From NCBI RefSeq assembly GCF_016432865.1, contig NC_067400.1, positions 2,170,001 through 2,234,000 on the forward strand: DNA of 64,000 nt, read 5' to 3'. Of the stretch, positions 34,383 through 43,134 are shown one piece after another; positions within the stretch are counted from its first letter, which is position 1; every line of letters begins with the position of its first letter. The notes below the pieces were generated by a model. That model saw only the letters and a program-made list of their open reading frames with translations, was not told where the DNA came from and searched no databases. Origin of the DNA: Antechinus flavipes (Eukaryota). The position numbers were made by a program, and so were the translations under genes.

Positions 34383-37300
34383 GCCCACAGAGCCACATTT
34401 CAATCCGCTGTCCATCTCCGCTCACCAGCTCTCACAAGACAAGCGTCAGACACACTCCTGTTAGGGGGTATAGGCTTGCTAGTGTGCCGTGTGCACAAGG
34501 TGACATCATGGAGCCTTCAAGGTGAGCCCCCTCCAAGGGTGGCGCTGGGGACAGAGTGCTGAGGGCCCAGGGGGGCTGGGCTGGGAAGCTGGAGACCTCC
34601 AGACCCGAGCAGAGCAGGCTCAGGGGAGCAGGCGCATCCTGGCTTTGTCCTGCTTGCCCCCCAAGGGCAGACCCAGGAGGGGGAGTTGTAAAGAAGCCAT
34701 AAAAGAAAACTCTCCCAATGACAGCCCTAGGAAAGGGGATCAGGCTGCTTTGGGGGCTCCCCCTTGCTGCTTCCAGAGGGTCCCTGGTGGCAGTTATGGA
34801 GGGATGACTTGTTCCTGGATCAAACTTGAGGGTCTCTGAAGCCCCTATAGCTAGGAGACACAGGGATAATAAATACAAATAATTGAGACTCCTCAGAGCT
34901 TCCCAGCAGGCTTAGGATGGAGGGAGGCTGCCCCAGGGATGGAGGGAGGCTGCCCGGGCTGGGAGCCACGCAGATGGGGGAGGGGGCTCAAGCTTCCAAC
35001 AAGGGACCAGGTTGGGGCCCAGATACCCCATGTCTGGGTGAGAGAGAATCGGGGTCTGCTGGGAAGCAGAGAAGGCCCAAAGGAAGCAAACCTGGGGATC
35101 CTTGGGAAGGGGGAGCTCCCAAGGCAGAAGTAAGGCCCTGCCCCGAGCCAGTAAGCTCTTCGGCCCCCAGCCCGGCACCCTGGGAAGCTCTGTCCCAGCT
35201 GGTTTGAGGAGAGGCCAGAGCCTCGGGGAGCAGGGAAGGGACTGCCGGGCTCCCGGCCTGAAGCTCGCTGCCCAGATCAGCCTCCCAGCCTCCCCCGGGA
35301 TCCTGCTACTGCTTCCTGGAGCACGGGAACTGGGAAACGGGGCCATGAGCCTCGGGGAGGGGAGGGAGCCAGTGCCCAGAGACCCGGCAGGATCCATAAA
35401 CGCCATCCAGTGGGGAAGGGCAAAAAGAGGCGCCCTCCTCCACTACCCCTTCCCCCCTCCCTCCGCCCCCGCGGCAGCAGGCTGCTGAGGGAACAGCCAG
35501 TGCTCAGGCAAGGGGGAACGAGGTCCAGCCCAGGGAAGGCCCCCCCCCCCATATGCGTCTCCCCGGCTCGGCTAGCCCCATGTTGGCTCCCCCAGGACCC
35601 TGGGAGCAGAGGGGGCTCGGCCAGGCAGGGCGCTTCTCCCAGACGCTCTTTCTTCCCTCAGAAAGCCGGATTAGAGCGGATCATGAGGGATCTGCGGATC
35701 TTCCGTATTCTTGAGGGTACCAATGACATCCTCCGGATCTTCGTAGCTTTGGCAGGCCTGCAGGTAACTGGGCTCTTGGTCTGCCCCTTTTATCTGGGTG
35801 CAAAACCCTTGAGGTGAACGCCCCTCCCTGAAAAGCTCTTGGGGTGAACACCCCTCCCCCTCTCCTGCAAAGCTCCTGGCGGGGAATGTCCCTCCTCCCA
35901 GCTCCCCACCAGATCAGGGCGGGTTCTGGAGCCCGTTCTTATGCCCTGAGGTCAATGAGCAGCTCAGCGTCACTAGCGGGAGATCACAGCCCTAGGGCCA
36001 GAGCCTGCCATTCCTCGGGGCTGCTGGGAGGTGCCAGGGCACAGCCTGCTCTCCCCAGCGGGGCCCCTGGACCCCCTGGGCTTGTAATCCCTGGGCCTGT
36101 CACATGCCATGGGCACAGACAGCTCCTAGAGCTGCTCCAGCTCCGCTTCTATAGAAACACAAAAGGATCATTATCAGCCATTCACTTAACCCAGCAGCAT
36201 GGATGAAGCACCTACTGTGTGCCAGCTTTGGGCTGAATCCTGAGGAACCCCAGCCCTTCGTAGAGTGTCCAAGTGAATCTGCTGAAAATGTCTGCCCCAA
36301 AGCCCCTATCAGGGGGCACCTTTATCAGGGGCACCTGTAGGCCCCACTGTGAGCCAGTACAGGGCAGGGAAAATGGCCGGAGGCTGCATTCAGAGAGTTT
36401 GATCTCCTGCCCTGTTTTCGTTACATCTATTAGCACGCAGGGGCCCAACTGCAGGAGCTTCAGCACACCTTGGAAGACCCGTTGAACAACACTGCCATCC
36501 TTTTCACTGAACTTGGCCTCAGAGCAAAGCGGTGAGCCTGGAGGGGCTGGCACTGGTTGCCTGGCAGGGCTGGCACTGGTTGCCTGGTGGAGATGGCACT
36601 GGTTGCCTGGCAGGATTGGCACTGGTTGCCTGGCAGGGTTGGCACTGGTTGCCTGGCAGGGTTGGCACTGGTTGCCTGGCAGAGCTGGTATTGTTTTGCT
36701 GCTGTCCCTCACCCCACTCCCACACTCCTGGCATCTGAGTCTGGCAGGGAAGGGCAAGGAGCCCCCCCTCAGGCTTTCAGGGATCAGAGCCCACATGTTA
36801 GACCCTGCCAGCTGAGGGCAGAAATGAGAGAAAATGGCCTGTCTCTGCTTAGGAAGGGCATTAGGCCTCTTAACTTATGTTCTATAGGACAGGAAATGTT
36901 ACTCAAGCTCCTTGAGCTCAGGAGCTGCTCCTGAGAAGCTTCAGAGCCAGTCTTAACTTATTTGGATGACCTGTGACAAGAGCCCGTCCCAGCTGATTTA
37001 ACTCTTGTTCATTTCTTCCAGCATCATAGGGATACCAACGGGCATTTCTCTGGACGACGTGGTCAGTGGGCACCTGGTAGACACCGCGAGCCTGGTAAAG
37101 TTTTCTTTCACCACGAGGAAGCTTCTGAACAAGATTAGGACCTTTCCACACAGACTAGGAAAGCCCGGGGGACTCCCCTGCTGACCAGAGGCTACCTCAG
37201 CTGCATCCCCCTTTCCTGCCCCCGAATCTATCATGAATGGAAAAGCAAAGTCGTCCCCTGAGCCCTTCTAAACTTTCCGCAGATGGAGGGGGGGGTGTAG

Positions 37301-40300
37301 AGAGACAGGGCCATCCCCTCTAAAACACGGTCCTCTTATTTGGCTCTTCTCCAATCCATTCTCTTCAACATCTACATTCACATTTTAGAGGCCGTCCCTG
37401 GGGGCTTGGCAGGAGTTCCTCAGAGGAGGAGAGAGCTGGGCCAGGCCGGAGAGTGTTGCCTCAGTGACCCCTCAGGGCCGGATCACTTATCCAGGGTCAC
37501 GAGGCTCCCACCCAAGGCTCATTCAGCGTTTCCTGAGATCCGGTGGCCATTCCTTGGTTTCTACCACACTCTGTGCATTTTACCGTGTTTAAGTGAGCAG
37601 GACCTCTCTGCTCTTGGGTTCCTGTGATATGTGGAGCACAAAGACAGACCTGGGCAAATGAGCCATAAAGTCTTGCCCTTTGGCGCTGCCCTGAGTTCAC
37701 TGGGAAGCCAAGGGGAGGGTGGGTGGTGCCATGGGCCATCAAAGTCTCTGGATTCTCATCATGGATTGTGTAGGGAACCGGAATTTACTGAGTAGGAGCT
37801 GTCTGGGAAGGTGGGCAGGGGTCCCAGGAGAGCCAATAGGATGGTGCCCCTAGGATGCCAGGGCGGACAATGTCTCAGGAAGACAAAAGTGGCCAGTCAC
37901 CCTCTAATAGGGCTGAAGAGGGTACCAGAGTGTTCCAGGAGGCTGAGCTGTTCAGGGGCCTGGAGGACTTGATGGTCCCTATGGGGAAAGCCAAGGTGGA
38001 TGGTGCTCGAGCCACGATAAATGCCAAGCTCTTCCCCAATTAGTCCCTGTTGGTCCTGGGAGAAAGCCGCCCCTCGGCAGCAGTCATCATAGAGCAGTGT
38101 CCCGGCCCACCCACTTTCTTCCTTTTCCTCCCGTACAGGTGACAAAATGTGTGGACCTGCTCTCCGAGGTTGTGGAACACCTGCTTTTAAAATTTGGCAC
38201 CGATATCATCCGTACGTCCCCTCGAGTTTGCCCCCTGCATTTCTAATCCTTGTTCCGGGGCCCGCCTGGGCTCTGGAATCTTGAAACTTCAGGAAAACCA
38301 TTTCTGAAGCAAAAAGAGGAAAATAATCTTTATGTCGACTTCATAAAATATTTGCTGCCCTTCTCTGCATCCCCTTTGGGTGCCAGGGCTCCAGTGGGGC
38401 CCTTCCCTGCTTTTCAAACCTGCAGGGGTGGAGAGGAAAAGAAGAGGAAAGTGGGGAAGTGGGAGGAGGAGGGGGGAGGGAGGAAATGAAGGAAGAAAAG
38501 GGAGGAAGAGAGGGAGAGGCAGTAAAGGAAAAGGAGGGGAGAAGGAGGGGAAGAGGGAGAAAAGAAAAAGGGGAGAAGAGGGAGGGAGGGAGAGAGAGAA
38601 GAAGAGGGAGAAGAAAACAAGGGGGGAGAAGAGGGAGAGAGGAGAAGAGAATAAGGAGGGGAGGAGAGAAGGAGAGGTGGAAAGGGAGAAGAGAACAAGG
38701 AGTGAAAAGAGAGGAAGAAGGGGGAGAGGGAAGGGGAGAAGAGAACAAGGGGAGAAGAGGGAGGAAGGGAGGGAGAGAGGAAGGAGGAAAAGACGAGGGG
38801 AGAAGAGGGAGAGAAAGGGAGAAGAGAATAAGGAGAGGAGGAGAGAGGAAGAGATGGAGAGGGAGAAGAGGGAGGAGGCAAGAAGAAGAGGGAGCAGAGA
38901 AGGAAGAGGGATAAAGGGAGGGAAGAGAAAAGAGGGAGAGGTGGGGGCTGGGCCCACTTTTCCCTCAGCAACCCACTGAAGCCCTTTTTGTTCCGTTCCA
39001 GACCAGCAGTTTCACCTGAAGAGAATAGCGGACACCGCCATCGACATCTACTCCATGGGAGTCGTGCTTTCCAGGTACTGGGCAGGGGGGCAGAGATCAG
39101 CCCCTGAGCATCCGCTGGGGGGACCCCTCGTGTGCACATATATGTTCATGAGCAGACACATGTGTACCTGGGAGCACATGCGTGTACCTCTCACATGCAA
39201 CATGTGCACGCTGCTGCTTCTCCCTGCCTCTGCACACACACAGACTGCACACACGTGTGAGAGCGTGGAAGGGGTGAGCAGGAGGAGTTCTGGGGTTCCC
39301 CTCATTATCCCTTTTTGCTGAGTGTTTTTCACAGATTCCTTCTTTGGGGGGCAGCCGCAGCAGGCTTAGGGCTGGGGGCCCCCGGGAGCCGAGGGCCCCG
39401 CCCTGCCAGCTGGGCTGTGATCACGGCCCTGCACGTTGACAGACCCTTCCTGCCATGACCTCTCCCCTCTGGGCCATGGCTTCAGGCCCGGGACCTGCAG
39501 CTCGGGAGCCTGGGCTTCAGGGGAGCACCTGCGACCACACTAAATGGGAAGTCCTGTCGGGCCAGACAGGGGCTTTGTGGCAAGGGCAGCCGGGCAGAAG
39601 CTTGTGAGGAGTGGGGATGGGGAGGGAGGGTGGCACAGGCACGGAGCCCCACCGAGGCAAGCACATGGAGGTGGGAGATGGGACGCTGCACCCAGAAAGC
39701 AGCTGGGAGTGTGAGGGCACCAGCCAGAAAGAGGCCAGAGCACAGGGCCAGTGTTCATCCTGGAGGAAATGGGGGGGGCACCATCCCAGGAGGATGACCT
39801 GTCACAGCTGGGCTTTAGGAGGCTGGGAGTAGGGAGAGGCTGGTGCTATTGTCCAGGAGAGAGGCGGAGGGCCTGGATTGGGGATCAGAATAACCTCGTT
39901 TCTGTCAAAGACAAGAACTCTGGGACAACCCAATTCTAGAGCCCCCCGATGCTCAGAGCCCCCAGTGCTCAGAGCCCCTTTGCTTTACAGAAGTCAGGAC
40001 TCTGAGATGTTGCCAGGCCAGGGCCTGAATCAAACCGGATGCTAAGGAGGGACATGTAGAAACGCTGTGCTGGGCCCACAAGTCAGAGGTGGAGAACGTG
40101 GCCCGACAGCACCATTCATCAGCAAAAAGAGGAATCCGATGATCCAGAATCCGCCAGGACAAAAAATGCCGCAGCCGCCGCCAACCTGGGAGGGCCACGT
40201 TCTGGCCCCAAAGGGAGGGAGCCAGTGGAAAACCAGAGGGGATCTTGAGGAGAGCGGCTGCCTGGGGACCTTCGATCTCTGAGCATCAGTTGAAGGAAGG

Positions 40301-40586
40301 GACAGCAGCTAGCCTGGACGGGACCCTAGCAGGGACTTTCTTCCAGAATCGGAAGAGCAGTCACGTGGAAAAGGAGCAGCAGAAGCAATGGGTGGAAATC
40401 ACCAGGAGGGAGCTTTGGGATCCTTCCCAGAACAAACCATCCCTGCAATGGGAGCGGCAGAGCCTGCCGGGGCCCTCAGTCACCATCTTTCAGTTTGAAC
40501 AGGCTCTGGACCATTGATGGCATATGAGGCAGAAGCAGCTGCACCATTTTTATCTGAAAACCTGACTCCTGTCACTGGAAATCTGA

Positions 40587-40630
<44 letters not shown>

Positions 40631-43042
40631 AATTTCCCTAGTGGGATTTAGAATTTTCTGAGGTATTCTGACCAGCAGAATGAATGATGTAGAGGAGAAG
40701 TTTCTGAGCACTAAATGAACTGGGAGAACCTCAAGGGAGGTTGGGTAGATCATCCCTAAGGGGCTTTGGGGAGGATGTAGACAATATGTACGGTAGGCGG
40801 GAAGAGGAGGACCCAAACTGCCCCCAGAAACTCTCGCTCTAAGAACCATTGTCACATTAGCTGCTTTTGGAAGGGGGGGGGCAAAGACCGAGCTCACTGT
40901 CTCAGGACCAAACTCCCAGCCTCCAGCACCGTCTGTTTCCTCCTGCTAGAATGTGAACTCAAGGTCTCTCTTTGTACCCAGAAAGCACTGGGGTGCTTTT
41001 TTATCCATCTTATTCATCTGAGAACTTCGTCTCACTCCTGGCCAGGACTGAGCTGTCTTTGGTTCATTTATTGCTGTGCCATATTTATCTGCCATAGTCA
41101 TGGAAGGCACGTTAGTGATCGCAGGCCTGAATTTTGCCACCACTGAGGGGAATGGGTCCACTGAATCGATGGGAGCTTCCTCCTCTATGTCTCTCCTGAG
41201 TTGTTGACTGGTATCCCACCTTCTGTTATGGAACCCTGTCATACTAAGTCAGCTTGAGCTTTAGGAGTCAGAGATGCAATTATGGAAGACTCGAATTTGT
41301 GCTTCCAAACAGCTTGCGTATGGCTTGTGCTAACACATGAGAATTAATGAGCAGAGTCGGAGCTTCAGTGAAAATATTCAAGGATATCCTGGCTCCGAGG
41401 AGGGGTTCCACATCATAGGATCATCCATGACGACCAGCGCTGCCTCCATGTAATTGTTCCATTCTCCGGCCTATCCCTCTCCATCTTCTCCATGAGAACA
41501 ACACGAGCAGCACAGGCTCTGTCGAAAAACTTGACTTTTGCAAACTGGTTAATTTGCTCCCTTCAACCGACCTTTCTTCCATCCACACTCAAGACGGAAA
41601 AGCAGCTCCCTGTCAGGCTGGGCTGACGCTCACTTTGATGGGTCGTGGTGGTCGGCAAGGGACACTGGGCTGTCCCGGCTCCTGGAGGGAAGCCTGAGGC
41701 AGCTCAGCAGGCTAGCCAAGGGGACTCCGGGGCCTGTGTGAAAAAGCCCAGGGGAGGCCCAGAGAGTGGAGCATCGAGGTGCAGAACCAACTCTCCTAAC
41801 TAGATCTCGGTCTCTCTGTTCCTTCCAGGGCAACCCATTCATTGAACCACAACCTCCCTTCGGCCATCCACGAGAAGCTGCTGTGTGAGACCTGGTGCTA
41901 TACGGTAGGGAGGGGTTCTCTTACCCCAATCCCATCCACTGTCCTTTTGTCTCTCCCTTCATGGGATGGGCTTCAGGCTCCTCTGCAAAATAACCTAGGC
42001 TCCCATGGTTCCAAAGAGCAGGCTTCAGATGGGAGGGATGCAGCTCCTCTGGGAGCACTTCTGAGGTCCCTCCTGGGTGCTATGGTACTAAGGGAACAGT
42101 GACAAAAAGGAGGTCCCTGTCTCAAAAGGCTTCCATCCAATCACAGGAAACAATGTGACATATAAAAGTATAGATGAATGTAAATAGACTTCAAGAGAAC
42201 CAAATACAAAGTAACTTGGAAGGAGGAAATATAAGTAACTTAGGAGGAAATACAAAGTAACTTAGAAGGAAGAAATACAAAGTAACTTGAAAGGAGGAAA
42301 TACAAAGTAACTTAGAAGGAAGAAATACAATTAACTTCGGAGGCAATACAAAGTAACTTAGAAGAAATATAAAGTAACTTGAAAGGAGGAAATACAAAGT
42401 AACTTAGGAGGAAATGAGGGGCAGAGGGAGAATCAAAATGGCAGTGTCTGAGCCATGAAAGAGCACTCTGAGCAGTTGGGGGAATGCTTAACAAAATACG
42501 GGAAAGTGCAATGCATTAGAGGGTGCACACTTGTGGCTTTCCAAGTAGACACATGGCTTGCAGGGATTTGGCCACACAGAGTGGGGGGAGGGGTGGAGAT
42601 GCCCTGGGCTTTGTGGGGAGCAGACAGTTTGGCTAAGTCCTGGGATGGGGGTCATGTGCAGAGGGGCTGGAAATGTTGGTTGGGGACAAGTTGGGTAGTT
42701 TTTTTTATAAACCGCTCTGAACCAGGTCAGAGTGCTCTACCAGGAGGGATTTAAATTTTGAGCGGAGTACCTTCCCAAGCAGAAGTGGGTACGTGTGTGT
42801 AGACCCTTGTTTATAGTGGCTTAATTAGCTGGTCATGTAACCAGTTCAGATGCCGTTTGCTGAGAGGATGGAGTGTGTGTGGGGGGTCTCTTTCTGTCCT
42901 TTAGGCCTTCGAACGTGTTCGATGGAATCTTAAGGCAGTGAAAGCCTCAAGTTGGAACAACTACTACAAGAACATGAGGTCTATCTCGAATGAAGTTGTG
43001 AGAAATGGAGGAGTCGTATATTCTCGCCCTATGGGCTTCTGA
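18089..43042 (+). CDS. ACADVL-like: Very-long-chain acyl-CoA dehydrogenase (VLCAD)-like mitochondrial protein, 631 aa, 19 coding exons: join(18089-18168,20343-20397,21295-21367,21456-21520,22071-22205,22640-22784,23851-23980,25617-25742,26583-26781,28965-29069,33276-33362,34090-34152,35662-35763,36434-36531,37022-37094,38139-38211,39002-39074,41829-41904,42905-43042)
   Basis: All introns GT-AG, phases consistent, 1896-nt uninterrupted frame. VLCAD motifs [69 protein letters not shown] and a C-terminal PMGF*. Lengths of 16 consecutive exons (73,65,135,145,130,126,199,105,87,63,102,98,73,73,73,76) equal my recollection of human ACADVL exons 4-19. The first two exons are less certain. Confidence 0.92.
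18603..18823. mobile_element. Fold-back fragment of the same LTR-like element (two 5' ends tail-to-tail; ~75-bp inverted arms)
   Basis: TGTTGGAATCTTTACAAACTGCT...AGCAGTTTGTAAAGATTCCAACA. Confidence 0.8.
19708..20160 (-). mobile_element. L1 3'-end fragment
   Basis: T-rich tail followed by AT-rich sequence resembling marsupial L1 3'UTR, from recollection. Confidence 0.6.
20343..20397 (+). CDS. ACADVL-like: ACADVL-like coding exon 2 ((R)[18 protein letters not shown])
   Basis: TTTTCTCCCACAG| ... AAG|GTGAGT; phase 2 in, phase 0 out. Confidence 0.7.
21295..21367 (+). CDS. ACADVL-like: ACADVL-like exon ([24 protein letters not shown]), equivalent to human exon 4
   Basis: 73 nt, AG/GT flanks, homologous to [24 protein letters not shown]. 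Confidence 0.92.
21456..21520 (+). CDS. ACADVL-like: ACADVL-like exon ([22 protein letters not shown])
   Basis: 65 nt, AG/GT flanks. Confidence 0.93.
22071..22205 (+). CDS. ACADVL-like: ACADVL-like exon ([45 protein letters not shown])
   Basis: 135 nt, AG/GT flanks. Confidence 0.93.
22640..22784 (+). CDS. ACADVL-like: ACADVL-like exon ([48 protein letters not shown])
   Basis: 145 nt, AG/GT flanks. Confidence 0.95.
23851..23980 (+). CDS. ACADVL-like: ACADVL-like exon ([44 protein letters not shown])
   Basis: 130 nt; carries the ACAD signature FCLTEPxxGSD. Confidence 0.95.
24262..24460 (+). mobile_element. MIR core-SINE followed by an L2 3' tail
   Basis: CTGGGCAAATCACTT...GCCTCAGTTTACTCATTTACAAAATGGG; GTGCCTGGCATGTAAGCCCTTAATAAATGCTT. 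Confidence 0.7.
25380..25575. repeat. Purine-rich (GAG/GAA) low-complexity tract
   Basis: Almost exclusively G/A on the plus strand. Confidence 0.9.
25617..25742 (+). CDS. ACADVL-like: ACADVL-like exon ([41 protein letters not shown])
   Basis: 126 nt, AG/GT flanks. Confidence 0.94.
26583..26781 (+). CDS. ACADVL-like: ACADVL-like exon ([14 protein letters not shown]...[22 protein letters not shown])
   Basis: 199 nt, AG/GT flanks. Confidence 0.95.
27100..27543 (+). mobile_element. CR1/L3 LINE 3' fragment
   Basis: Ends in the CR1-type ATTCTGTG tail; degenerate RT-end sequence. Confidence 0.6.
28965..29069 (+). CDS. ACADVL-like: ACADVL-like exon ([35 protein letters not shown])
   Basis: 105 nt; RxQFG motif. 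Confidence 0.95.
30083..30570 (+). mobile_element. LTR-like element, copy 3
   Basis: Starts TGTTGGAATC, TATAAAAG at 30373-30380, homologous to 16203-16817. No TSD found. Confidence 0.7.
30600..31085 (+). mobile_element. CR1/L3 RT fragment interrupted by a SINE
   Basis: Degenerate FNxxINDLD and DLxxLx...xMSQ-like coding remnants flank the SINE. Confidence 0.55.
30763..30893 (+). mobile_element. Marsupial-type core-SINE (MAR1/WSINE-like)
   Basis: AGCTAGGGGGCGCAGTGGATAGAGCACCAGCCCTGAAGTCA...GAGTTCGAAT...GGGCAAGTCACTTAACCCC: tRNA-derived A/B boxes plus core. Confidence 0.8.
32160..32310. repeat. (CT/GT) simple repeat
   Basis: TCTCTG periodicity. Confidence 0.85.
32520..32878. repeat. Diverged tandem duplication, 2 x ~190 bp, AT-rich
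   Basis: AATTTGGAACTGAATATAAAA at 32525 and 32717 with colinear downstream similarity. Confidence 0.9.
33276..33362 (+). CDS. ACADVL-like: ACADVL-like exon ([29 protein letters not shown])
   Basis: 87 nt, AG/GT flanks. Confidence 0.95.
34090..34152 (+). CDS. ACADVL-like: ACADVL-like exon ([21 protein letters not shown])
   Basis: 63 nt; QILGGxGY ACAD signature. Confidence 0.95.
34225..34385. repeat. Degenerate (CA)n tract
   Basis: CA/TG-rich run ending in pure (AC)n. Confidence 0.85.
35662..35763 (+). CDS. ACADVL-like: ACADVL-like exon with the catalytic Glu ([34 protein letters not shown])
   Basis: 102 nt; GAG at 35713-35715 aligns with the VLCAD catalytic glutamate. Confidence 0.95.
36434..36531 (+). 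CDS. ACADVL-like: ACADVL-like exon ([33 protein letters not shown]), membrane-binding region equivalent
   Basis: 98 nt, TAG/GTGAGC flanks, same length and phase as human exon 15. Confidence 0.88.
36538..36690. repeat. 23-bp tandem repeat (GGCAGGGTTGGCACTGGTTGCCT), ~6.5 copies, abutting a splice donor
   Basis: CACTGGTTGC recurs every 23 bp. Confidence 0.92.
37022..37094 (+). CDS. ACADVL-like: ACADVL-like exon ([24 protein letters not shown])
   Basis: 73 nt, TTTCTTCCAG/GTAAAG flanks, correct phases. Confidence 0.85.
38139..38211 (+). CDS. ACADVL-like: ACADVL-like exon ([24 protein letters not shown])
   Basis: 73 nt, AG/GT flanks. Confidence 0.88.
38425..38940. repeat. ~515-bp polypurine (GA-rich) tract
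   Basis: Nearly pure G/A on the plus strand. Confidence 0.92.
39002..39074 (+). CDS. ACADVL-like: ACADVL-like exon ([25 protein letters not shown])
   Basis: 73 nt; homologous to [24 protein letters not shown]. Confidence 0.93.
40586..40628. repeat. (CA)n microsatellite
   Basis: Direct observation. Confidence 0.95.
41829..41904 (+). CDS. ACADVL-like: ACADVL-like exon ([25 protein letters not shown])
   Basis: 76 nt; HEKxLCxTWC motif. Confidence 0.93.
42190..42415. repeat. ~25-bp tandem repeat (AAAGTAACTTAGAAGGAAGAAATAC), ~9 copies
   Basis: AAGTAACTT recurs periodically. Confidence 0.92.
42905..43042 (+). CDS. ACADVL-like: ACADVL-like last coding exon ([45 protein letters not shown])
   Basis: Acceptor CTCTTTCTGTCCTTTAG; ends GGVV.S.P.GF* like VLCAD. 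Confidence 0.92.
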   Translation, partial: AFERVRWNLKAVKASSWNNYYKNMRSISNEVVRNGGVVYSRPMGF

Positions 43043-43128
43043 AAAAAGGGTTCATCTCCTGGAAAGCATCAGGAGAGCCTGGCCCTCACCCCCAAAGAGT
43101 GGTTTATTTATAGAGAAACTAGAAAAAT

Positions 43129-43134
43129 AATAAA
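43129..43134 (+). terminator. Polyadenylation signal AATAAA of the ACADVL-like gene
   Basis: Canonical hexamer 87 nt after the stop codon. Confidence 0.7.

Noticed and set aside
38289-39139. Lys/Arg/Glu-rich and Leu/Ser/Pro-rich ORFs
   Set aside because: Translations of the polypurine tract; only 39002-39074 is a real exon.
21295-43042. Identification as ACAD9
   Set aside because: Motifs ([36 protein letters not shown], terminal P.GF) and exon lengths fit ACADVL, not ACAD9 as I recall it.
18089-43042. VLCAD-like gene being a pseudogene or retrocopy
   Set aside because: Introns are present at ACADVL positions, there are no stops or frameshifts over 1896 nt, all splice sites are GT-AG and a poly(A) signal is present.
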